A model generated the notes under the pieces. That model did no database searches, was not told the DNA's origin, and worked only from the letters and a program-made list of their open reading frames with translations. DNA of 64,000 bases from Candidatus Omnitrophota bacterium (GTDB taxonomy: Bacteria > Omnitrophota > Gorgyraeia > Gygaellales > Profunditerraquicolaceae), in assembly GCA_025453395.1 (NCBI GenBank), contig JALOQK010000002.1, forward strand, positions 346,509 to 410,508, in the 5' to 3' direction. The position numbers were made by a program, and so were the translations under genes. How positions within the stretch are numbered: position 1 is the stretch's first letter; every line of letters starts with the position of its first letter. Shown piece by piece: positions 1 through 8,847 of this stretch.

Positions 1-402
1 AAAAACTTCTGCTGAAGCGTAAGCCCCGATTGAACTTGTATAAACAACTTTCTTCACTTTATTAAGCCTTGCTGCCTCCAAAACATTAGTGTTAAACATC
101 AAAAGCGGAACAAAAAAGCTAGCCGGCTTCTTCTTAGTAACATCAATTGACCCTTTTATACCTGCCAGATGAAAAACAAAATCCATGTCCTTGGTAAGCT
201 CTTTACATAGATTAAAGTCTGTCAAATCGCCTAAAACATGTTCAGCCCTATCGTCAACTCTTAGCTTATCCAAAGAAACAATCTTAACCCTGGAACCATT
301 GTCACATAAAATCTTAACTACCTGCCTGCCGATAAGCCCTGTGCCACCGGTGACCAAGACATTCTTTTTATTGAAAATTTTTAAAGTATCCGCTTTAATC
401 AT
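1..402 (-). CDS. NAD-dependent epimerase/dehydratase family protein; only the N-terminal part is in the window because the gene runs off the window start
   Basis: Reverse-complement translation from the ATG at 402 reads MIKADTLKIFNKKNVLVTGGTGLIGRQVVKIL..., a Rossmann GxxGxxG motif typical of extended SDRs. The gene is not in the ORF track because it is truncated by the window edge. Confidence 0.65.
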   Translation of the reverse strand, partial: MIKADTLKIFNKKNVLVTGGTGLIGRQVVKILCDNGSRVKIVSLDKLRVDDRAEHVLGDLTDFNLCKELTKDMDFVFHLAGIKGSIDVTKKKPASFFVPLLMFNTNVLEAARLNKVKKVVYTSSIGAYASAEVF

Positions 403-405
403 CAG

Positions 406-1188
406 CTAAAAACTTCTCCCTTCCGAACCATCTACTGCAATAGATGCCCCGTTAACTAAACTGGATTTCGCTGAACAAATAAAAACCACTACATCCGCCA
501 CCTCTTCAGGTTTTCCCAGCCTGCCTAAAGGAAATTTATCATCCAGCATGATCTTAAATCCAGCAGGATCATTCTTTTTTTGGGCTTCCCAGCCTGTATC
601 AGGGATCATTATGCATCCAGGGGCAACGCTATTAAAAGTTACCCCATCCCTAACAATCTCCTTTTTTAGCGAAAGATTCTTTATCAATGTTGTCTGAGAA
701 GTCTTGGCAATATTAAACCATGGCCTGCCGCCAGCTTCCCTACCATAGAGAGAAGTGATATTAATCACCCTTCCCCATTTCTGCCTTCGCATATAAGGAA
801 CCGCCAGCTTGATAAAGCGGATAGAACTTAAAACATTCTTATCATAAACTTCCTGCCAGACTTTCTCATCCGTAGCAATGGCGTCTTCCTGCCCCCATCT
901 GCCTCCTCCACCAACATTATTAACCAAAATATGCAACGTACCCCATTTCTTTATAATCTTATTAAACACCCGATTGACATCTTTTTTAATTGTAACATCT
1001 GCTTCAATAGCCAGATAATCCACTCCCTTAGATTTTAATTTTTCCCGCATCCCGCGTACACGCGAGGCTGTGCGCGAACACACTGCAACATTACACCCTT
1101 CATCAGCTAATCCCAGAGCTATTGCTTCACCAATCCCATGGGTTCCGCCTGTAACTAAAGCATATTTATTCTTTATACCTAGATTCAT
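406..1188 (-). CDS. short-chain dehydrogenase/reductase (SDR), 3-oxoacyl-ACP-reductase-like; probable sugar ketoreductase
   Basis: The N-terminus MNLGIKNKYALVTGGTHGIGEAIA is an SDR Rossmann motif, and NNVGGGG matches the NNAG motif. I chose the ATG at 1188 because it overlaps the upstream stop as TAATG. The expected YxxxK region reads FNIAK, which is non-canonical. Confidence 0.7.
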   Translation of the reverse strand: MNLGIKNKYALVTGGTHGIGEAIALGLADEGCNVAVCSRTASRVRGMREKLKSKGVDYLAIEADVTIKKDVNRVFNKIIKKWGTLHILVNNVGGGGRWGQEDAIATDEKVWQEVYDKNVLSSIRFIKLAVPYMRRQKWGRVINITSLYGREAGGRPWFNIAKTSQTTLIKNLSLKKEIVRDGVTFNSVAPGCIMIPDTGWEAQKKNDPAGFKIMLDDKFPLGRLGKPEEVADVVVFICSAKSSLVNGASIAVDGSEGRSF

Positions 1189-2117
1189 TATTTTAATATC
1201 CTCCATACGAGCAGATTATACCCATCCATAAATAAATTCCCGAAGAATAAACGTTTAACTTTGATAATTTCAATTCTTCCTTCTTTTTCTAGCTCTTGCA
1301 ATCTTGATAAAAAACCCTGGGTATACCCTCGTTTTTGATGAAACTTAACAGCAAGGTAATCTAATAGATTATCGTTATCATATAATTCAATAATCGGCTC
1401 ACTATGTACGCATAGTCCGGGGCGGTTTCGTAAAAGATACTGTAGAAAATCCTCAAATTTTCCCGCTAATTGCTCAATAGAACCAATTGTGAAAATTAGG
1501 CTATTTTCTTGAATCTTAAAACTTTCTGTGGGATTAATCATATCAAAAATATTACCCTTCAATCTTAGGTTATGGGCCTGACCTATTTTATTAACTAAAT
1601 CTACTGACGATTGCACAAAATCCGTGCCGTATAGATTCTTGTCTGGGTATAGCTTCGAAAGGGCAACTAAATTAAAGCCGGTTCCGCATCCAAATTCATA
1701 TATATTCCTGAAATCTTTAAAGTAAGTCATAAAAATCCATTCCCTAAAAACATTATAATAATTAAATTCAAAGTCTTTGTTAACCGAACGAATATAATTC
1801 TGCTTATAACGCATTATCTTGTTCGGCTTGATAAATCTCGGAACCAACATTTTCAAATCATAACCGCTATCAATAAAATCCTTTAGATTTTCGCCCCAAC
1901 CGTTATTCCAAGTCTCTTGACGTTCTTTAGCACCAATAGTTTGCCTGTCGGCCTCGATCTTCATTAAAACTTCTAATATAACATGATCCCTACTGTCTCC
2001 ATCAATGATCTCATAATCAAAATCAACACCATTGATTATATGGCCACATTTTCTCGAGATATCTTCCGAGGTAGTGCCTAGTGAATCAGCAAAATCATCA
2101 AAACCTACTTTTGGCAT
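1188..2117 (-). CDS. class I SAM-dependent methyltransferase
   Basis: EFGCGTGFNLVALSKLYP is a glycine-rich SAM-binding motif I, followed by an acidic loop (YGTDFVQ). The protein is 309 aa. Confidence 0.65.
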   Translation of the reverse strand: MPKVGFDDFADSLGTTSEDISRKCGHIINGVDFDYEIIDGDSRDHVILEVLMKIEADRQTIGAKERQETWNNGWGENLKDFIDSGYDLKMLVPRFIKPNKIMRYKQNYIRSVNKDFEFNYYNVFREWIFMTYFKDFRNIYEFGCGTGFNLVALSKLYPDKNLYGTDFVQSSVDLVNKIGQAHNLRLKGNIFDMINPTESFKIQENSLIFTIGSIEQLAGKFEDFLQYLLRNRPGLCVHSEPIIELYDNDNLLDYLAVKFHQKRGYTQGFLSRLQELEKEGRIEIIKVKRLFFGNLFMDGYNLLVWRILK

Positions 2118-3052
2118 TTTCTTAACTCCTTAAGGACTATTTTACTTACAGTTTCTTGATCTAAGCCATACAGCTGATCTAACCACTCTCTTGTCCCATA
2201 ATCAAAACACTGCTTATCTTCTAAGGCAATCCGTTTCAGAGTAATAGCCTTGCGATTATCGGATATAAGTTCGCTTATAATAGTGCCGATTCCTCCTACA
2301 ATAGAATTCTCTTCAATAGTAATTAGATACTTTGCCCCCTCAAAGCATTTCAACAGCGCTTCTCTGTTTAAAGGTTTTAACTTATATAAATCTATTAATC
2401 CAACACTTAGATTATTTTTCTCCAGCGTTTCCGCTAATTTTACCGCTTCTTTAGTAATAAACCCGGTACTAATAATATTGACCTCTTTAAGAGGCTTGAT
2501 TATTTTAAAGCCCGTAGAATAATCATAATCCTTCTCATATAAATTCGGGAATTTACCTTTATCCAGCCTTACATAGACTGGACTATTGGACTGATATGCA
2601 ATCTGCGCGCAACTGGCAGATAACGTACTATCGCTGGGATTTAAAATTGTTATCTCGGGCAATATCCGCATAATCGCAATATCATCAACAGCATGGTGTG
2701 TGGGGCCGTCAATACCAGAACCAAATCCCGCTCCTAAGCCAATAATAGTAACCGGCAAATTCATACTACAGATATTAACTTTAATATGTTCAAGACAGCG
2801 CAAAGTGACAAAGGGAATAAGCGCTAAAATAAAAACCTTTTTACCGCTTAATGCTAACCCCGCGGCAACAGCAATCATGTTCTGCTCAGCTACGCTGGCA
2901 TTAATAAACTGATCAGGAAAATCTTTCTTGTAGTCCCTTAAAACAAAGGAATCGGCATCCGCAGTGATAAAGATCACATCCTTATCTTTCATTGCAATGT
3001 TGTATATTTCTTGAAAAAAAGCGTCTCTAATGTCCATATCAGCTAATGACAT
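2105..3052 (-). CDS. transketolase C-terminal subunit (pyrimidine-binding plus C-terminal domains) of a split transketolase
   Basis: Typical TktB-like sequence: ...FITADADSFVLRDYKKDFPDQFINASVAEQNMIAVAAGLALSGKKVF...GPTHHAVDDIAIMRILP. It overlaps its neighbours by 13 bp downstream and sits 2 bp from the N-terminal subunit. Confidence 0.85.
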   Translation of the reverse strand: MSLADMDIRDAFFQEIYNIAMKDKDVIFITADADSFVLRDYKKDFPDQFINASVAEQNMIAVAAGLALSGKKVFILALIPFVTLRCLEHIKVNICSMNLPVTIIGLGAGFGSGIDGPTHHAVDDIAIMRILPEITILNPSDSTLSASCAQIAYQSNSPVYVRLDKGKFPNLYEKDYDYSTGFKIIKPLKEVNIISTGFITKEAVKLAETLEKNNLSVGLIDLYKLKPLNREALLKCFEGAKYLITIEENSIVGGIGTIISELISDNRKAITLKRIALEDKQCFDYGTREWLDQLYGLDQETVSKIVLKELRKCQK

Positions 3053-3054
3053 AA

Positions 3055-3876
3055 CTAAATCTCCCGCTCTAATTCTCTTTTGGCCAGTTCAAATTCTTCT
3101 CTACTGGGTATGCTATGATGCCATTTAATCCCGTTCTCCATAAAAGAAACTCCCTTACCCTTAACCGTATCAGCAATAATAATCAACGGCTGCTGGAGTT
3201 GTTCTAAATGATCAAAAGCGGATAATATCTGGGGGAAGCAATGCCCATCTATATTAATAGCCTTCCAGCCGCAGGCTTCAAATTTGCAGTCTAATCTTCC
3301 TGAACCGTCATCTTCTTCTATAACATCAGTGACTGATAATCTGTTACGATCAATAATTCCGATAAGGTTATTTAGTTTGTGCTTACTGGCAAACATTGCG
3401 GATTCCCAAATGGAGCCTTCAGCAGATTCACCGTCACCAATAAGAAAAATGGTTTTATACTTTTTTGCGTTCATCTTTGCCGCTAATGCCATGCCCGCTG
3501 CTATACCTACAGCATGCCCCAATGAACCGCTATTATATTCTACCCCGGGAGTGCTAATGTTAAGTTGGCCGCCTAATTTACTTTTATTCTTAGCAAAATT
3601 TTCTAATTCAGATGCGTCCAGGAAACCCAAATCAATCCATATATGATAAAAAGCTAAACAGGCATGTCCTTTACCAACCACAAATCTATCCCGGTCTTCC
3701 CATCTTGGATGTTGAGGGTCAACACGTAGTATTCCTGCGTAATATAGGCCCACCAAGATATCTATACAGGAAAAGGTGCCGCCCAAATGCCCCTTACCGG
3801 CCAGCATAATCGATTCTAACACCTGCTTACGCACCCAATTCGCCTTCATTTTAAGAAAATTAATTTTATTTTGCAT
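3055..3876 (-). CDS. transketolase N-terminal (ThDP-binding) subunit of a split transketolase
   Basis: GKGHLGGTFSCIDILVGLYY, GHACLAFY and GDGESAEGSIWESAMFASKHKLNNLIGIIDRN are ThDP-binding motifs, with the GDG(X)nN pattern present. Confidence 0.85.
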   Translation of the reverse strand: MQNKINFLKMKANWVRKQVLESIMLAGKGHLGGTFSCIDILVGLYYAGILRVDPQHPRWEDRDRFVVGKGHACLAFYHIWIDLGFLDASELENFAKNKSKLGGQLNISTPGVEYNSGSLGHAVGIAAGMALAAKMNAKKYKTIFLIGDGESAEGSIWESAMFASKHKLNNLIGIIDRNRLSVTDVIEEDDGSGRLDCKFEACGWKAINIDGHCFPQILSAFDHLEQLQQPLIIIADTVKGKGVSFMENGIKWHHSIPSREEFELAKRELEREI

Positions 3877-5590
3877 TAAGCATCCTTATATCGTCTTTAA
3901 TAGATTCAATAATTTTCTGATTTCGATCACAGACCACCTCAACGAAAATCGGTCCAGGCCTTAACATTATAGACTTTAATTTCCGGCGAATATCCTGATG
4001 CCTATCGATACGGGAATATGCCAGGCCAAAAGCATCAGCAACTTTTCTCAGGTTCAAAGTTTCCACTCCACTGGCAGAATCTGAGCCAATATACCTTGAA
4101 GAACAAACATTATCCTGGGTATTACGAATAGAAACATAGCCACCGTTATTAATTACGAATAACTTAATGTTAAGCCCATAGTAAGAAACTGTTTTTAATT
4201 CCTGTATATTTAATTCTAAGGAGCCATCTCCGGTTATTGCCAAAATCTGTTTATTATTGTCAGCGACACTGCATCCTATAGCTAAAGGAATAGCTAAACC
4301 CATAGAAGCAAATGCCCCGGATGTAATTTCACGTTGGCCGTCTTTGAAAGTCAGGGCCTGGCCTGCAACATAATATGAAGAGCCAGCGTCACTAACAAAT
4401 ATGTCATCCTTTCCGGACAGTTTGTCCAGCAGATCAACAAAATAATATAAATCTATGGGATTTTTCTTATGTTCAGCTCTAATCAAAGGATAGCTATCTT
4501 TGTATCCCTGACATTTATCCATCCAATCCTTATATAAGGGGAGTTTCTTGCCTTTAATTCTAGCGAGCAACTCTTTAATAAATGTGCCTGCATCAGACAG
4601 TATAGGCAAATCGATTGGTACTCCGGGTTTACTTAATTCCGCTTCATCTATGTCAACAACGGCGATTTTAGATTCAGGCGAAAACGCGTCAAAGTTGATT
4701 CCAACAAACTGCACGCTTAAACGACATCCCAAACTTAAAATAAAATCACTTTCCTTCATAATAAAACCCGTATACCTTAATCCCTTTATGCCGCCATGGC
4801 CAAAATTATTTTTATGCGAATACTCAAGAATGTCTTGCCCCATACGAGAGAAAATAATCGGAACATCTAATGTTTCTAGCAATTCTCGCAGATGTTTAAC
4901 AGCATTGGCAATACGCACACCTTGACCTGCAACAATGAGCGGCCTTTTTGCTGAACGTAAAAGCTCGATTACCTTATCAGCTAAAAGGCCAATTTTATTA
5001 TCTACAATAATGCACTGCTTAAGATTAGGTGGTTTATACCCAGCAAGTTTATTTTCATCCACCTGTGCTGACTGCACATCTAATGGAATATCAAGCCAGA
5101 CTGGCCCAGGACGTCCATCTTTTGCCAAATAAAACGCTTTTTCTAAATGGTATCTTATCTCTTCAGGATGATTGACCATTACCGCGTATTTGGTTATTGA
5201 CTCAACCACTTTGATAATATTTAGTTCTTGAGTGCCAAACGTCCTTAAATTATCAATACCGATGTTATATGTTGCATGGTTGCTTTGGACCTGTCCAGAA
5301 ATAACCAAAACAGGGGCAGAATCAACCCATGCCTCTGTTAATCCGGATACCGCGTTGGCTCCTCCGGGGCCGGTAGTAACATATACAACGCCTATATTGC
5401 CGGTAATTTTAGCATAAGCCTCTGCCATCATCGGAGCACTTGCTTCATTTCTAACGCAAATGGCTTTGAGTTTCTTATGACAGGCCACCCCATCATCAAG
5501 AAAGATTGATCCCCCGCCAGAAAGCATAAATACATGCGAAACTTTATGTTTGTATATGAACTTTGCTATATAATCTGCTACTCTAATCAT
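3866..5590 (-). CDS. thiamine-diphosphate enzyme of the acetolactate-synthase/YerE-like family (574 aa)
   Basis: The N-terminal ThDP Pyr domain reads HVFMLSGGGSIFLDDG...VYVTTGPGGANAVSGLTEAWVDSAPVLVISGQ. The central and C-terminal domains are consistent with the ALS large-subunit fold, including GDGSLELNIQEL...NNGGY. Confidence 0.8.
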   Translation of the reverse strand: MIRVADYIAKFIYKHKVSHVFMLSGGGSIFLDDGVACHKKLKAICVRNEASAPMMAEAYAKITGNIGVVYVTTGPGGANAVSGLTEAWVDSAPVLVISGQVQSNHATYNIGIDNLRTFGTQELNIIKVVESITKYAVMVNHPEEIRYHLEKAFYLAKDGRPGPVWLDIPLDVQSAQVDENKLAGYKPPNLKQCIIVDNKIGLLADKVIELLRSAKRPLIVAGQGVRIANAVKHLRELLETLDVPIIFSRMGQDILEYSHKNNFGHGGIKGLRYTGFIMKESDFILSLGCRLSVQFVGINFDAFSPESKIAVVDIDEAELSKPGVPIDLPILSDAGTFIKELLARIKGKKLPLYKDWMDKCQGYKDSYPLIRAEHKKNPIDLYYFVDLLDKLSGKDDIFVSDAGSSYYVAGQALTFKDGQREITSGAFASMGLAIPLAIGCSVADNNKQILAITGDGSLELNIQELKTVSYYGLNIKLFVINNGGYVSIRNTQDNVCSSRYIGSDSASGVETLNLRKVADAFGLAYSRIDRHQDIRRKLKSIMLRPGPIFVEVVCDRNQKIIESIKDDIRMLNAK

Positions 5591-5636
5591 AGGAATGCCC
5601 TCTTAAAGATCATTACTCCCAAGACAATCATTTTTG

Positions 5637-6806
5637 TTAACTAATTCCCGCATGGAATCTTTTCATTTTATCCAACGCTTCTTCGATTGCAGAAAAAGAT
5701 AAACTTGCATAACATAGACGGATGAACCCTTCGCCAAACCTACCAAAACAATTACCAGGCAAAACACATACCCCTGCACAAGCAAGCAATTTATCTGAAT
5801 ACTCTTCAGAAGTCATTCCGGTATTTTTAATATTTGCAAAGGCATAAAATGCCCCCTCTGGAGACAAACATGAGACACCCGGCAGAGAGTTTAATCCTGA
5901 AATCAGCAAATCACGACGTTGTTTTAACACCTTAACCCTCTGCTCTACAAATCCCCGGTCTATTGATAATGCGGTTATGCCTGCACTTTGAGTAAACCCA
6001 GGCAGGCATGAAATTATAGTCTGTAAAAGCAACCCCATTTTCCCTATAAGTTTTTCCGGACCCACAGCATATCCCAGGCGCCACCCTGACATTGAATAGA
6101 CTTTTGACAGGCTATTCAATATAACTGTCCTTTCACGGCAACAATCTACAACAGAAGGAGAATAATGTTGGGCATTATAAATTAATCGTGAATAAACCTC
6201 ATCGGTTAAAAGATAGATATCTTCTTCTGCTGCGATCTTAGCGATTGCCAGAATTTCATCTTGCGACATAACCGAACCGGTAGGATTTTGGGGTGAATTA
6301 ATAATAATTAACCTTGTTTTATCCGTAATATTCTTCCGCACCGCGGCAGGGTCCATCTGAAAAAGATTTTCTTCCTTAAGTTGTATACCTACTGGCTTCA
6401 TTCCATTATAAACAATTACTGAATGGTAAGTTGGAAAACCAGGATCGGGATAAATAATCTCATCCCCAGGATTGGCTACGCAGCGCACGGTAAAATCAAT
6501 TATAGCATTTGCCGGACAAACCAATACTTGGTTAACATCTGGTGTAAATCCGTAGTTGGTTGTTATGTATTCTACAATTGCCTGCCTGAATTCCATCATC
6601 CCCATAGAGTTGACATAATGAGTCAAGCCACCGTCCAGCGCCTTCTTAGCCGCATTAATAACATTATCCGGTGAGCTGAAATCCGGATCACCAATCTCTA
6701 AATGAACAATTCTGCTCCCGGACCTTTCCATTTCTCTGGCCTTGGCAAGCAACGCGAACATTGGCTGTCCAATAAGTTTATTTGCTATCTTAGATAATTT
6801 CCTCAT
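5637..6806 (-). CDS. PLP-dependent aminotransferase, class I/II (aspartate-aminotransferase fold)
   Basis: IVHLEIGDPDFSSP...YPDPGFPTY...SLSKVYSMSGWRLGYAVGP fits a class I aminotransferase pattern, with a lysine in the SxSK motif. Confidence 0.8.
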   Translation of the reverse strand: MRKLSKIANKLIGQPMFALLAKAREMERSGSRIVHLEIGDPDFSSPDNVINAAKKALDGGLTHYVNSMGMMEFRQAIVEYITTNYGFTPDVNQVLVCPANAIIDFTVRCVANPGDEIIYPDPGFPTYHSVIVYNGMKPVGIQLKEENLFQMDPAAVRKNITDKTRLIIINSPQNPTGSVMSQDEILAIAKIAAEEDIYLLTDEVYSRLIYNAQHYSPSVVDCCRERTVILNSLSKVYSMSGWRLGYAVGPEKLIGKMGLLLQTIISCLPGFTQSAGITALSIDRGFVEQRVKVLKQRRDLLISGLNSLPGVSCLSPEGAFYAFANIKNTGMTSEEYSDKLLACAGVCVLPGNCFGRFGEGFIRLCYASLSFSAIEEALDKMKRFHAGIS

Positions 6807-6830
6807 AATGTTTTTATTAGTCTATGATAA

Positions 6831-7871
6831 TTAAAACGGACCCTTAAATCTTTTCTCATGGCTATAAAATTCTATACCCTCCAAGCTTACAGGTTTTAGG
6901 CCCAGCATATCTTCGACTTCCCTAATAATACTTTTAGCATTGGGATAGAATTCGTTTTCTAGATGCCTGGCCGTAGGGCAAGGAGTACGCGCGAAACCAA
7001 TTCTTTTTACCGGAGCTTTAAGATTATTAAAGCACTTAGAGGACACCAACGCCGCCACTTCAGCACTAAAACCGCAAAACTCCCAATCATTATCAACAAC
7101 AATACATCTGCCGGTTTTTTCAACCGAAGCCATAATTAAATCTTCATCCAATGGAACGATTGTCCGGGGATCAATTATCTCAACACTTGCTCCGGATTTT
7201 GCTAATATTTCTGCCGCAAAAATGGCTTCTACGTTCATCCATGAAGTTGCAACGATTGTAACATCAGAGCCTTTGCGTAGAATATTTCCTTTCCCAAAAG
7301 GTATAGTGTAAGATTGCTCAGGCACGTTTTCTTCCTGCCAATAAAGCCAGCGATGCTCAATAAAGATCACAGGATTATCATCCCGAATAGCAGAGATAAG
7401 CAGCCCCTTAGCATCAGAAGCAGTAGTTGGAAGAACAACTTTTAGCCCAGGAATATGCGCAAAGGTTGAATACATGCTCTTACTATGTTGAAAACCTTGC
7501 CCCCATCCGCGCCCAATTATTCCCCGGATTACCATCGGCACTTTCAGTAATCCACAGGATGAATAGTTGTGGCTAGAAAGCATGTTCGCAATCTGATTAA
7601 ACGCTAAAAGCATAAAATCAATTCTAATATGTATATGTACGGGACGCATACCGTTAAGTGCGGATCCCAAACCAAAACCAGTCATAGCATCTTCGGATAG
7701 AGGTGTATCAAAACAACGTTTCTCTCCAAAGCGCTCTACAAGCCCTGCGGTAGACCCAAAAATAGCCTTATGATCAGGAACTCCGATGCCATAGACAAAA
7801 ACCTTATCATCTCTCTGCATCTCCTGAATCATTGCTTCACGCAAAGCATCGCAATAGCTAATTATCCTCAT
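6831..7871 (-). CDS. 2-oxoacid dehydrogenase E1 component beta subunit (transketolase-like)
   Basis: ISYCDALREAMIQEMQRDDKVFVYGIGV...FDTPLSEDAMTGFGLGSALNGMRPV is an E1-beta signature. I placed the start at the internal Met, ATG at 7871; the ORF track extends it to 7898. Confidence 0.8.
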   Translation of the reverse strand: MRIISYCDALREAMIQEMQRDDKVFVYGIGVPDHKAIFGSTAGLVERFGEKRCFDTPLSEDAMTGFGLGSALNGMRPVHIHIRIDFMLLAFNQIANMLSSHNYSSCGLLKVPMVIRGIIGRGWGQGFQHSKSMYSTFAHIPGLKVVLPTTASDAKGLLISAIRDDNPVIFIEHRWLYWQEENVPEQSYTIPFGKGNILRKGSDVTIVATSWMNVEAIFAAEILAKSGASVEIIDPRTIVPLDEDLIMASVEKTGRCIVVDNDWEFCGFSAEVAALVSSKCFNNLKAPVKRIGFARTPCPTARHLENEFYPNAKSIIREVEDMLGLKPVSLEGIEFYSHEKRFKGPF

Positions 7872-8826
7872 TAAAAACCCCTTTATGCAGCTGATCACTG
7901 CCGCTCACTGCCGCTTTTTTCGCATTCTCAATTGCTGATACAATATTTTTTGACATTTCGCTTTCTATTTTACGAATGCTGCATTCATCAATACCATTTC
8001 TCAAAAGTTTCAACCGTTGCATAAACACCGGATCTTTTTTAAACCATTTCTGAAACTGCTTCTTGCTTCTATATCCAGCATCAAAATCATAGTTAATCCC
8101 CACGTGCTCCAGATAACGATAATATTTAAAATTCATGAAATACGGCCGGGGTTTCTTTCGTACTAAAGTAATGGCATTGGAAACAAGATTATAAATTTCT
8201 TCTACATCTGTTGTATCACTTTCAATAACCCCACAATGAAACTTTTCAATAATCTGAGTTATTGAATCATATCCTCTGCGCTTTTTTGCAAAGGTATGCA
8301 CGGCAAGCTCATTGTCTTCGCACACAAAAATTACCGGTATCCGCATTAAACTAGCGAGGTTGATACTTTCCCAAAAACCACCTTCGTCTGTGGCCCCATC
8401 TCCAAAAAATACAACTACAATTCTTTTATTCTTATTTATCTTATTTGCCCAAGCACACCCCACAGCCACAGGAATATGAGCCGAAACAATCGCCGATGTG
8501 CCCATAAAACCTTTATTTGGCAGGCATAAATGCATAGACCCGCCTTTACCTTTTACAGAAGATGTATCCTTGGCATACATTTCAGAGAAAAATTCTCCCA
8601 CATCTGCGGTTTTGGCAAGAAAACCTGCGTGAGACCTATAAGTAGTAAAAATCTGGTCTGCATTATTTAGGGCGTGACAAACCCCGGCAGCAATCGCCTC
8701 TGCGCCCATCGACATATGCATAGGGGTTTTCATCTCATCTTCAGGATAATATTCTCTAATCTGCTCTTCGGCAACGCGGATTAAGTACATTTTTTTATAC
8801 AACTGAATATTTAAATCTTTACGCAT
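7858..8826 (-). CDS. 2-oxoacid dehydrogenase E1 component alpha subunit (ThDP-binding)
   Basis: YRSHAGFLAK...VVFFGDGATDEGGFWESINLASLMRIPVIFVCEDNELAV matches the E1-alpha ThDP motif GDG(X)n...N. No E2 or E3 genes lie nearby. Confidence 0.8.
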   Translation of the reverse strand: MRKDLNIQLYKKMYLIRVAEEQIREYYPEDEMKTPMHMSMGAEAIAAGVCHALNNADQIFTTYRSHAGFLAKTADVGEFFSEMYAKDTSSVKGKGGSMHLCLPNKGFMGTSAIVSAHIPVAVGCAWANKINKNKRIVVVFFGDGATDEGGFWESINLASLMRIPVIFVCEDNELAVHTFAKKRRGYDSITQIIEKFHCGVIESDTTDVEEIYNLVSNAITLVRKKPRPYFMNFKYYRYLEHVGINYDFDAGYRSKKQFQKWFKKDPVFMQRLKLLRNGIDECSIRKIESEMSKNIVSAIENAKKAAVSGSDQLHKGVFNEDN

Positions 8827-8847
8827 TCGAATTTTCCCCTAAACTTA

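Noticed and set aside
1188-2117. Phosphonate (PEP mutase) hypothesis for the first cassette, prompted by a KCGH motif in the methyltransferase and the ThDP decarboxylase-like genes
   Set aside because: The protein at 1188..2117 has a clear SAM-binding GCGTG motif and lacks the rest of the PEP-mutase signature. The ThDP enzyme is full-length and acetolactate-synthase-like (574 aa), not the split short phosphonopyruvate decarboxylase. No pepM-like gene is present.
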